Numbered from the stretch's first letter, positions 9,690 through 18,015 are shown. The stretch: DNA of 64,000 nucleotides from Thiobacillus denitrificans (GCA_002403375.1 DHHQ01000027.1:142401-206400), one strand, 5' to 3'. Numbers and translations are program-made. The notes: generated by a model not told the origin, from the sequence alone.

Positions 9690-10049
9690 TCAATCACCGA
9701 ACGTCACGAGACGATCGTACTGAATACCCATTTCCACCAGCTGACCCAGACCGGAAATACGGAAACCCGGTGCCAGCAGTTCGTCCTTGATGCCGCGACG
9801 CAGCGCAGCGGCCACGCACACGACGAGGTCGATGCCGTGCTCTTCGGCCAGCTTCGACCAGCGCGCGGTGACGTTGCGGTCATCCTGCGGCGGCTCAGCC
9901 ATGCGCGTCGAGTTGTTCACGCCGTCATGGTAGAAAAAAATACGCGGAACCTTGTGACCCTTCTCGATCGCCGTGCGGGCGAAGAGGTAGGCGGAGTCAC
10001 TGGCCTGATGGTTGTAAGGCCCTTCGTTTACAAGAATGCCGAATTGCAT
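9690..10049 (-). CDS. dsrE: DsrE (TusD-like) sulfurtransferase
   Basis: IFFYHDGV and VVCVAAALRRG with the active-site Cys. Confidence 0.94.
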   Translation of the reverse strand: MQFGILVNEGPYNHQASDSAYLFARTAIEKGHKVPRIFFYHDGVNNSTRMAEPPQDDRNVTARWSKLAEEHGIDLVVCVAAALRRGIKDELLAPGFRISGLGQLVEMGIQYDRLVTFGD

Positions 10050-10092
10050 GGCTGCTCAAACTCCGAAAAATCCAGTCATTGTTATCAAGCGT

Positions 10093-10119
10093 CCGCCGCA
10101 GCCGGCAAGGCTGCGGCGG
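10093..10119 (-). other. Intercistronic stem-loop between dsrB and dsrE
   Basis: CCGCCGCAGCC-N5-GGCTGCGGCGG 11-bp perfect stem. Confidence 0.6.
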
Positions 10120-10141
10120 TGCTGACAGCTTCCTGAAACGC

Positions 10142-11212
10142 TTAGAAGCGGATGTGCGCCGAAGCGTTCAGGTTGTAACGGCCACCACGCCAGTTATCGA
10201 TGTGATACTTGGTGAAGGGCAGACCGGTCTTCTCGAAGAATGCGGGCCAGCCGATGCGGTCGATCCAGTCGATCATGCGCTCCCACGGCTTGCCGTCTTC
10301 CTTGTAGGTCGCGAGGATCTTCTTGACCACCTCGGCGACTTCCGGCCAACGCGGAGCGTTGTTCGGCAGGCCGGCAGCGACCAGCTTGTGGAAGGTCGGC
10401 TTGGAGCGGGCGTTGGAGTTCTTGCCGCCAACCCAGATCGCGATCTTGGAATGCTCGGGATCGTTGATCTGCATCGGGGGGCAGGGCGGGAAGCAGGCGC
10501 CACAGCAGATGCACTTCTTCTCGTCGACTTCCAGCGAGGGCTTGCCGTTCACCAGGGCGGGACGGATCGCAGCCACCGGGCAGCGTGCCACGACGGAGGG
10601 ACGCTCACACACGTTGGCGACCAGATCGTGGTTGATCTTCGGCGGCTTGGTGTGCTGAACGATGATTGCGATGTCGGCCTGGCCGCCGCAGTTGATCTCG
10701 CAGCAGGAGGTCGACAGCTTGACGCGGTTGGGCATCTCGCACTTGACGAAGTCGTCGTACAGCTCGTCCATCAGCGCCTTCACCACGCCGGAGGCGTCGG
10801 TGCCGGGGATGTCGCAGTGCAGCCAGCCCTGGGTGTGGGCGATCATGGAAACCGAGTTGGCGGTACCACCGATGGGGTAGCCCTTGTCGTTCAGCGCCTT
10901 GATCAGCGGCTCGACCTTGGAGCCGTCGGCAACCATGTACTCGATGTTGGAACGCGCGGTGAAGCGCACGAAACCGTCGCCGTACTGGTCGGCGATGTCG
11001 GCCAGCTCGCGAATGGTGTAGTGGTCCATCTGACGCTGGGTACCGGCCTTGACCGTCCAGATTTCGTCGCCGGACTCAGCGCGGTGATACAGGACACCCG
11101 GCTTCGGATGGCTGTGGAAGGCCCACTTGCCATAGTTCTTCACCATCACGGGGTGCATGTAGGGCATCGGATCCGGTGCGCCGGATTCGATAGGCGGACG
11201 TAGTTCTGCCAT
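10142..11212 (-). CDS. dsrB: Reverse dissimilatory sulfite reductase beta subunit
   Basis: HTQGWLHCDIPGTDASG, STSCCEINCG, ferredoxin CICCGACFPPCP. Confidence 0.97.
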   Translation of the reverse strand: MAELRPPIESGAPDPMPYMHPVMVKNYGKWAFHSHPKPGVLYHRAESGDEIWTVKAGTQRQMDHYTIRELADIADQYGDGFVRFTARSNIEYMVADGSKVEPLIKALNDKGYPIGGTANSVSMIAHTQGWLHCDIPGTDASGVVKALMDELYDDFVKCEMPNRVKLSTSCCEINCGGQADIAIIVQHTKPPKINHDLVANVCERPSVVARCPVAAIRPALVNGKPSLEVDEKKCICCGACFPPCPPMQINDPEHSKIAIWVGGKNSNARSKPTFHKLVAAGLPNNAPRWPEVAEVVKKILATYKEDGKPWERMIDWIDRIGWPAFFEKTGLPFTKYHIDNWRGGRYNLNASAHIRF

Positions 11213-11238
11213 GTTTTATCTCCAACTGATTGATGCAC

Positions 11239-11262
11239 GACCCCGGCCGGAACCGGGGCCGC
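11239..11262 (-). other. Intercistronic stem-loop between dsrA and dsrB
   Basis: mRNA GCGGCCCCGG-UUCCGG-CCGGGGUCGU stem including G-U pairs. Confidence 0.55.
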
Positions 11263-11290
11263 CCTGTATGAAACTGGTACAGCGTGAAAC

Positions 11291-12592
11291 TTAAGCGGCG
11301 GACTGCTTGTACTCGTTCCACTTCTCCACTTGCTCGTCCCAGTCGTCGGAACGGAAGTAGGGGTTGGAACGCGGCTCCTTGATCATGTTGGGATCGACCG
11401 GGATATCCAGACCTTCGAGGAAGTTGGTCAGGCCGATACGCTCGATCATTTCGCCGGTACGCTCGTGCTCCAGCGCGTTTTCCGCGAAGAAGTCGATGAT
11501 GTTGCGGGCCAGCTCGTTCAGCTTCTCGAAGTCCTCGTCCGACTCCATCTTCATGAACGGGATCACCACGGTGCCCATGGTCGCGCCGATCTTCAGCACG
11601 CCCTTGCCGCCCACCAGGATGGTCACGCCCTTGTCGACGCCGGTGCGCAGGCCGCCGGGGATGACGTTCAGGCAGTGCATGCAGCGGACGCAGTTCTTGT
11701 TGTCGATGCACAGGGTGTTGCCGTCGCCCAGGTTGGCGGCGGACACGTGCTCGCTGGCCTTAAACTTGTCGCTCGAAACCAGGGTGATGGCCTTGGTCGG
11801 GCACTTGCTGATCACGTCGTTGACGAGATCGTTCATGCCATGGGCCTTGTAGTAGTCCTGAACCTGCGCTTCGTTGACACGGATGTTGTCGCGCCAGGTG
11901 CCGATGGTCGCCATGTCGGAACGCTGGATGGCGTTGACGCAGTCGTTCGGGCAGCCGGAGAACTTGAACTTGAACTTGTACGGCAGGGACGGACGGTGCA
12001 TGTCGTCCAGGTTGTTGTTGATGACGGTGCGCAGGGCCTTGGCTTCGTCGTAGCAGGAGTGCTCGCAACGGGCGGCGCCAACACAGGACATCGAGGTGCG
12101 CAGCGCGGGGCCGGCGCCACCGAGGTCGAAGCCCATTTCGTTGAATTCGTCGAAGGCACGCTGAACGTCAGCGGTCTTGATGCCCTGGAACATGATGTCG
12201 CCGGACTGACCGTGGAACGCGATCAGGCCCGAGCCACCGGTCGCCGACCAGACGTCGCACATCTTGCGCAGCAGATCGGAGGTGTAGTGCATGCCGGCGG
12301 GCGGCTGGATGCGCAGGGTGTGGAATTCTGCGGCTTCGGGGAACAGGGGCTGATGGTTTTCATCCTTCAGCTCGGTGAAACGGGGGATAACGCCGCCGCC
12401 GTAACCGAACACGCCGACCGTACCGCCCTTCCAGTAACCGAACTTGGTCTTGTAGGAGGTTTCCAGCTGACCCATCAGGTCAACCATCATGTCGTTGTCT
12501 TTAGCCAGACGCTTGAGGCCGGTCACGAAGCTGGGCCACGGGCCTTTCTCGAGCTCGTCCAGATTGGGCGTATCAATCATTTGCTTTGCCAT
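11291..12592 (-). CDS. dsrA: Reverse dissimilatory sulfite reductase alpha subunit
   Basis: SCVGAARCEHSC and FSGCPNDC siroheme-4Fe4S motifs; WKGGTVGVFGYGGG. Confidence 0.97.
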   Translation of the reverse strand: MAKQMIDTPNLDELEKGPWPSFVTGLKRLAKDNDMMVDLMGQLETSYKTKFGYWKGGTVGVFGYGGGVIPRFTELKDENHQPLFPEAAEFHTLRIQPPAGMHYTSDLLRKMCDVWSATGGSGLIAFHGQSGDIMFQGIKTADVQRAFDEFNEMGFDLGGAGPALRTSMSCVGAARCEHSCYDEAKALRTVINNNLDDMHRPSLPYKFKFKFSGCPNDCVNAIQRSDMATIGTWRDNIRVNEAQVQDYYKAHGMNDLVNDVISKCPTKAITLVSSDKFKASEHVSAANLGDGNTLCIDNKNCVRCMHCLNVIPGGLRTGVDKGVTILVGGKGVLKIGATMGTVVIPFMKMESDEDFEKLNELARNIIDFFAENALEHERTGEMIERIGLTNFLEGLDIPVDPNMIKEPRSNPYFRSDDWDEQVEKWNEYKQSAA

Positions 12593-12819
12593 TCTTCTCT
12601 CCTAGAAAATTTCGAAATGCCCGCTCAGCCGACAGCTCAACGGTATTCCAGCATCGTATTGGGTTGACGGTTGCGCCACCATCATTCTCATGGGTAAGAC
12701 GGCTACCCCATCGCGGTAGGACCCCTCCTACCCAAAAGGAGTAGTCCGATTTCCCCAACGCGGGAATGCCTCATCTCGAGAAAGGGTGAGACATTACGGG
12801 TCCGCCACATGAACCCATA

Positions 12820-12848
12820 AGCGTATTAAAATATTGTTGCAAACGCAA
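12820..12848 (-). promoter_or_regulatory. Candidate sigma70 promoter of the dsr operon
   Basis: Minus strand TTGCGT-N17-TACGCT in an AT-rich patch about 220 nt upstream of the dsrA ATG. Confidence 0.5.
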
Positions 12849-12966
12849 GCCCCCGACCCCAACAGGGTTGAAAGCCGCACATCGCGCCCCCACTCATGGA
12901 GCGACGCAATGTTCACGCGCAACACACGACACGCTTAATCCATATCGCGACACGGACCGAGATTCC

Positions 12967-13188
12967 ATGCCTGAGATCACCCCTATCGACAAGATGCGCC
13001 TGCCCTTCGGCGGCCAGGAAGTCGAATTCCAGCACCTGACCCATGAAGCGGGGGGCGTGCCGTTCCTGCGCATCCGCATCCGCGAGAACAAGCGCTTCAC
13101 CATTTTCGACGTCGACCCCGCCAGCGCGGCGAAGTGGGCCGAGCTGATGCAGGCGTGGGCCAGGGACAACGCCGGGGACACGCCATGA
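12967..13188 (+). CDS. Small (73 aa) hypothetical protein
   Basis: MPEITPIDKMRLPFGGQEVEFQ...FLRIRIRENKRFTIFDVD; its stop overlaps the next start (ATGA). Confidence 0.75.
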   Translation: MPEITPIDKMRLPFGGQEVEFQHLTHEAGGVPFLRIRIRENKRFTIFDVDPASAAKWAELMQAWARDNAGDTP

Positions 13189-13841
13189 GCTGGAGCTTCC
13201 CCGAGCACAGGCCGGAGGAGTACACCCCACGCTTGATCGACCTGCAGTTCGATCTGGTCGGCACGACCATTCCGGCAGAAAACGCCCAGATGCTCGCCGA
13301 CGCGCTGCTGGGCATCCTGCCCTGGCTCGGCGAGGACTCCGGCGCCGGCATCCAGCACCTCAAGGGCGCCGAAACGAATACCGGCGACGCCTCGCTCAAC
13401 ATCAACCGCCGCACCAAGCTCTACGTGCGCGTCCCCAAGACGCGAGTCGACGACATGCAGCGGCTCGTCGGCCAGGCGGTCGATCTCGGCGGCCACACCC
13501 TGCGGATCGGCAACTTCAAGACCCGGGACTTCAGCCCGTTCGCCAACATCTATGCACACTTCGTTGACACCGGCAGCGTCACTGAAGAACAATTCGTGCA
13601 GGATGTGATGCGTGAGCTCGACGGCCGCTTCCAGTTGCGTTGCGGCTTCATCTGCGGCAAGCGGCAGACGCTGCTGACCGCGTCCGGCCAGATCTACGGC
13701 TACAGCCTGATGCTGCACGACGTGCCGCCGCACAAGTCCCTGCAACTGCAGGACGAAGGCATGGGACGCAACCGCTTGTTGGGCTGCGGGATTTTCATCC
13801 CGCACAAATCCATCGCGCCGGTCGTTCCGGCAATTCTTTAA
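13185..13841 (+). CDS. Orphan Cas6-like RAMP protein (resembles type I-MYXAN Cas6/Cmx6)
   Basis: N-terminal IDLQFDLVGTTIP strand; C-terminal G-rich loop LQDEGMGRNRLLGCGIFIPHK (GxGx5GxG); 218 aa; no other cas genes in the window. Confidence 0.8.
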   Translation: MSWSFPEHRPEEYTPRLIDLQFDLVGTTIPAENAQMLADALLGILPWLGEDSGAGIQHLKGAETNTGDASLNINRRTKLYVRVPKTRVDDMQRLVGQAVDLGGHTLRIGNFKTRDFSPFANIYAHFVDTGSVTEEQFVQDVMRELDGRFQLRCGFICGKRQTLLTASGQIYGYSLMLHDVPPHKSLQLQDEGMGRNRLLGCGIFIPHKSIAPVVPAIL

Positions 13842-13871
13842 ACCCCGTCCGGTCGTTCCGGCGATTCTTTA
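13818..13871 (+). repeat. Two-copy 23-bp hairpin direct repeat (31-nt period)
   Basis: CCGGTCGTTCCGGCAATTCTTTA (13818-13840) and CCGGTCGTTCCGGCGATTCTTTA (13849-13871), one mismatch, 8-nt spacer. Confidence 0.9.
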
Positions 13872-13895
13872 GCAACCAACCCGAAAGGAGAAACC

Positions 13896-14228
13896 ATGGC
13901 TTATGTTGTAAACGGCGAAGAGCTCGAAACCGGCGAAGAGGACTTTCTGCTGGAAGCCAACTTCAGCGACGATGTCCCCCCGGTGATCGCCGCGGCGGAA
14001 AAAATCACGCTGACCGACGAGCACTGGACGGTCATCAATTTCATGCGCGAGAAGTACAAGGAAGACGGCGCGACCCCGAACTTCCGCAACATGCTGTCCG
14101 AGATGGAAGATCTGTATCCGGGCACCGACTGGAAGAAGAAGCTGTACGAGCTGTTCCCCAACCAGCCCGCACGCCAGTCGGCGCGCGTCGCCGGCCTGAC
14201 CAAGCCTTACGGCAAGGGCGGCTACTAA
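13896..14228 (+). CDS. DsrC/TusE-family paralogue lacking all cysteines
   Basis: ITLTDEHWTVINFMRE and LYELFP...PARQSARVAGLTKP match the DsrC family; no Cys in 110 aa; AAGGAG RBS. Confidence 0.88.
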   Translation: MAYVVNGEELETGEEDFLLEANFSDDVPPVIAAAEKITLTDEHWTVINFMREKYKEDGATPNFRNMLSEMEDLYPGTDWKKKLYELFPNQPARQSARVAGLTKPYGKGGY

Positions 14229-14249
14229 GCCTCAGGCAGCAGTACCGCG

Positions 14250-14279
14250 CGGGCAGCGATGAAACTCGCTGCCCGTTTT
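14250..14279 (+). terminator. Rho-independent terminator
   Basis: CGGGCAGCGA-TGAAAC-TCGCTGCCCG followed by TTTT. Confidence 0.7.
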
Positions 14280-14313
14280 CGTCTCGAAGTTCTCATCACA
14301 GGCTTCAAGCATC

Positions 14314-15162
14314 ATGTTTTCCAACACCCTCGTTACCACTGAAGACCTGGCCGCACACCTGGACGACCCCAACTGGGTCATCCTCGACTGCCGTTTCACC
14401 CTCACCGACACCGAGGCGGGTCGTCAGGCCTACGAGAAAGCACACATCCCGGGTGCACGCTACGTGCATCTGGACAACGACCTGTCGGCCCCGGTCGGGG
14501 AGAAGACCGGCCGCCATCCCCTGCCCGACCCCGAGGTGCTGACCGCCAAACTCTGCGAGTGGGGCGTCGGCGTCAACAAGCAGGTCGTCGTCTACGACGA
14601 CAGCTATGGCTCGATGGCAGTGCGGCTGTGGTGGCTGATGCGCTGGCTCGGCCACCCCGGCGTCGCCGTGCTGGACGGCAACTACCAGAAGTGGACGCGC
14701 GAGAACCGCCCCGTCACTGCCGAAGTGCCCGCGCCGCACAAGGGCGCCTGCGCCTGCCTGCCCGAACCGAGCCAGGTCGTGACGGCCGACGAGATCCTGC
14801 GCGCCTCGCAGACCGGCGAGCAGCTGATACTCGACGCCCGCCCCGATCGCCGCTTCAGCGGCGAATTCGAGCCGCTCGACCCCGTCGCGGGCCACGTTCC
14901 CGGCGCGGTCAACTGGCCCTTCGACGAGAACCTCGACCTCGACGGCACCTTCCTGCCGCCCGAGGCGCTGCGCGAGAACTACCAGGCGATGCTGAAGGGC
15001 AAGGCGCCCTGGCAGGTGCTGCACATGTGCGGCTCCGGCGTCACCGCCTGCCACAACGTCCTGGCGATGGAAATCGCCGGGCTTCCCGGCTCCCGCCTCT
15101 ACCCCGGCTCGTGGAGCGAGTGGATCACCGATCCGTCCCGCCCCGTCGCCACAGGAGAATAA
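14314..15162 (+). CDS. sseA: Tandem-domain rhodanese (SseA / 3-mercaptopyruvate sulfurtransferase type)
   Basis: HIPGARY, GRHPLP, LDGNYQKW, active loop CGSGVTAC, LYPGSWSEW signature. Confidence 0.9.
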   Translation: MFSNTLVTTEDLAAHLDDPNWVILDCRFTLTDTEAGRQAYEKAHIPGARYVHLDNDLSAPVGEKTGRHPLPDPEVLTAKLCEWGVGVNKQVVVYDDSYGSMAVRLWWLMRWLGHPGVAVLDGNYQKWTRENRPVTAEVPAPHKGACACLPEPSQVVTADEILRASQTGEQLILDARPDRRFSGEFEPLDPVAGHVPGAVNWPFDENLDLDGTFLPPEALRENYQAMLKGKAPWQVLHMCGSGVTACHNVLAMEIAGLPGSRLYPGSWSEWITDPSRPVATGE

Positions 15163-15164
15163 GC

Positions 15165-15785
15165 ATGGTCAAACCCGTACGTGTCCGCACCGTCTGGTTC
15201 AAGAAGGACGGCGAACGCAGTGCCGAGGAGATCGCCACCGCGGTCGCCTCCACCGTCTGGCGCGTCGCCGACAAGGCGGTCGACAACCTCGGCCGCGAGA
15301 ACTACGACATCATCACCCCGGCGCGCGGCTTCAAGCTGATCGCCGAGTTCGTCGCCTTCCTGACGCACTACTGCGACCGCATGGCCTACGCCTCGCTCTC
15401 GCCCGAGCGCCGTGTCGCAGTGCTGCAGGCGATCAGCAACCGCCTCGGCGAGGTGATGGAGGAAAACATCATCAGCGTGGTCGGCCCCGACCCCAGCCGC
15501 AACTTCAAGGCCGAGTTCATCGACTTCCTCAACCGCCGCTTCGCCGACTACGCCGAATTCGAGTTTCCCGATGACGAGAAGGCGAGCTTCCCGGCGCTGC
15601 GCTTCCTCGGCCTGCAGATCCGCGAGGAGATGGGCGAGAACGACAAGACCTGGATCATGGACCAGATCATGGACATCGAGATGCCCGAGATGATGGGCAC
15701 GGTCAGGAAGAGCTTCAAGGGCCTGCTGTCCGACGCGCCGGTCAAGCGCGGCTTCGGTTCCCCGGACATGCTGCCGCCGGAATAA
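15165..15785 (+). CDS. Hypothetical protein (206 aa)
   Basis: GGAG RBS, host-like codon usage, 2-bp gap after sseA. Confidence 0.8.
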   Translation: MVKPVRVRTVWFKKDGERSAEEIATAVASTVWRVADKAVDNLGRENYDIITPARGFKLIAEFVAFLTHYCDRMAYASLSPERRVAVLQAISNRLGEVMEENIISVVGPDPSRNFKAEFIDFLNRRFADYAEFEFPDDEKASFPALRFLGLQIREEMGENDKTWIMDQIMDIEMPEMMGTVRKSFKGLLSDAPVKRGFGSPDMLPPE

Positions 15786-15789
15786 GTCC

Positions 15790-16704
15790 TTGAGCCGCTC
15801 GCCCTTCGACCTCGCCAACGAATCCGGCTACCGCGCCTGGCGCGACGCCAAGCTCGCCGCGTACCCGCGCCGCGTCGACGATCTCGTCGTGCCGGTCGCC
15901 GACCCGCGGCACCTGGCGGCAGACGAATTCGCCGCCCTCGAGGGCCGCTGCGCGCGCGCCAACATGGCGATCTACAGCGCGCCGCACCTGCCGGCCGCCG
16001 ACAAGTCGATTCCCCGGCTGCTGGGGCAGCAGCTCGGCCTCACCCGGCTGGAGGGAAACTACCTCGCCGACGAGGACGGCCTCTCGTCGATCACGCCCGC
16101 GGACGGCGAAGCCGGCGGCGTGCGCGGCGACTTCATCCCCTACACCCACAAGCCGATCAACTGGCACACCGACGGCTACTACAACGCGCTCGACCGCCGC
16201 ATCCTCGGCATGACGCTGCACTGCGCGCAGGACGCCGAATCCGGCGGCGAGAACGCACTGCTCGACCACGAGATCGCCTACCTCCAGCTGCGCGACGTGA
16301 ATCCCGACTACGTCGCCGCGCTGATGCAGCCCGACGCAATGACCATCCCGGCGCGCATGGACGAGGACAACGTGGCGCGTCCGGAGCAGTCGGGCCCCGT
16401 GTTCGCGGTCGACCCCGAGCAAGGTTTCCTCGTCATGCGTTACACCGCGCGCACCCGCTCGATCGTGTGGAAGGCCGACCCCGTCACCCAGGACGCAGTC
16501 AGGACGCTGGCCGAGATTCTCGCGAGCTCGGAATACATCCTGACCGCACGGCTCGCCCCCGGCATGGGCCTCGTCTGCAACAACGTGCTGCATACCCGCA
16601 GCGCATTTTCCGATTCGCCCGCCCATCGCCGCCTGCTCTACCGCGGCCGCTACTACGACCGCCTGCGCTTTGACCTGAACCCGCCCGCCGCGCACGCCGC
16701 CTAG
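15790..16704 (+). CDS. TauD/TfdA-like Fe(II)/2-oxoglutarate oxygenase
   Basis: INWHTDGYY (HxD), [18 protein letters not shown] distal His/Arg; TTG start. Confidence 0.8.
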   Translation: MSRSPFDLANESGYRAWRDAKLAAYPRRVDDLVVPVADPRHLAADEFAALEGRCARANMAIYSAPHLPAADKSIPRLLGQQLGLTRLEGNYLADEDGLSSITPADGEAGGVRGDFIPYTHKPINWHTDGYYNALDRRILGMTLHCAQDAESGGENALLDHEIAYLQLRDVNPDYVAALMQPDAMTIPARMDEDNVARPEQSGPVFAVDPEQGFLVMRYTARTRSIVWKADPVTQDAVRTLAEILASSEYILTARLAPGMGLVCNNVLHTRSAFSDSPAHRRLLYRGRYYDRLRFDLNPPAAHAA

Positions 16705-16751
16705 CGCGGTCGGGTAAAATAGCGGTCTTTGTTTATCGGCCACCTGCCGTC

Positions 16752-18005
16752 ATGCAGCTTCTCACCCTCGGGGTCAATCATCACACTGCACCGCTCGCGA
16801 TCCGCGAGCGGGTCGCGTTCGGCCCCGACAAGCTGGTGGAAGCGCTGCACGACCTCACGCAGAGCCAGCGCGCGTCCGAAGTCGCAATCCTGTCGACCTG
16901 CAACCGCACCGAGCTGTACGTCAACACGCCTTCACCCGACGCCGTGGCGCAGTGGCTCGCCGACTTCCACCACATCGAACAGCGCGAGCTCGCCCCCTAT
17001 CTCTACACGCTGCCGCGCGAGCAGGCCGCGCAGCACGCCTTCCGCGTCGCCGCCGGGCTGGACTCGATGGTGCTTGGCGAAACCCAGATCCTCGGCCAGA
17101 TGAAGCAGGCGGTCGCCACCGCCGAGGAAGCCGGCACGCTCGGCCTGCTGCTGCACAAGCTGTTCCAGCGCACCTTCTCGGTCGCCAAGGAAGTGCGCAC
17201 CAGCACCGAGATCGGCGCCAATTCGGTTTCCATGGCGGCCGCCGCGGTGCGGCTCGCCGAACGCATCTTCCCCAGCATCGGGGACCAGGCCTGCCTGTTC
17301 ATCGGCGCCGGCGAGATGATCGAGCTGTGCATCACCCACTTCGCCGCCCAGCACCCGCGCCGCATGACGGTCGCCAATCGCACCGCCGAGCGGGCGCGTC
17401 CACTGGCCGAGCGCTTCAACGCGGGCGTGATCCCGCTGACGGCACTGCCCGAGGAACTGCCCGCGTACGACATCATCATCACCTCGACCGCGAGCCCGCT
17501 GCCCATCCTCGGCAAGGGCATGCTGGAGCGCGCGATCAAGCAGCGCCGTCATCGCCCGGTCTTCATCGTCGACCTCGCCGTGCCGCGCGACGTCGAAGCC
17601 GAAGTGGCCGACATGGACGACGTGTTCCTCTACAGCGTCGACGACCTCGGCCAGGTCGTGCGCGAAGGTCTGGACAACCGCGTCGCCCAGGTCGCGCAGG
17701 CCGAAGCGATCATCGAGACCAGCGTCGAAAACTTCGTGCACTGGATGGAAGGCCGCGAACTGGTGCCGGTGATCCGCAGCCTGCGTGATTCCGCCGAACG
17801 CCACCGCCGCCACGAGATCGAGAGAGCCGAACGGGCGCTGGCACGCGGCGACGATCCGCGCGCCGTGCTCGACGCGATGAGCCACGCGCTCGCCAACAAG
17901 CTGCTGCACGCCCCCACCCACGCGCTCAACCATGCCACGCGCGCCGAGCGCGAGCAGATCGCCCGCCTGATCCGCCAGCTCTACGGGCTGCACCAGGACA
18001 GTTGA
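16752..18005 (+). CDS. hemA: Glutamyl-tRNA reductase
   Basis: [30 protein letters not shown]. Confidence 0.97.
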   Translation: MQLLTLGVNHHTAPLAIRERVAFGPDKLVEALHDLTQSQRASEVAILSTCNRTELYVNTPSPDAVAQWLADFHHIEQRELAPYLYTLPREQAAQHAFRVAAGLDSMVLGETQILGQMKQAVATAEEAGTLGLLLHKLFQRTFSVAKEVRTSTEIGANSVSMAAAAVRLAERIFPSIGDQACLFIGAGEMIELCITHFAAQHPRRMTVANRTAERARPLAERFNAGVIPLTALPEELPAYDIIITSTASPLPILGKGMLERAIKQRRHRPVFIVDLAVPRDVEAEVADMDDVFLYSVDDLGQVVREGLDNRVAQVAQAEAIIETSVENFVHWMEGRELVPVIRSLRDSAERHRRHEIERAERALARGDDPRAVLDAMSHALANKLLHAPTHALNHATRAEREQIARLIRQLYGLHQDS

Positions 18006-18015
18006 GGGTCGCCGC

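Noticed and set aside
12573-12758. 61-aa minus-strand ORF in the dsrA leader
   Set aside because: TTG start with no clear RBS and no motif; the region is better explained as structured RNA, although a leader peptide is not excluded
13818-13871. Calling the repeat pair a CRISPR array
   Set aside because: Only two repeats with an 8-nt spacer and no adaptation or interference genes; reported as a repeat and a finding instead
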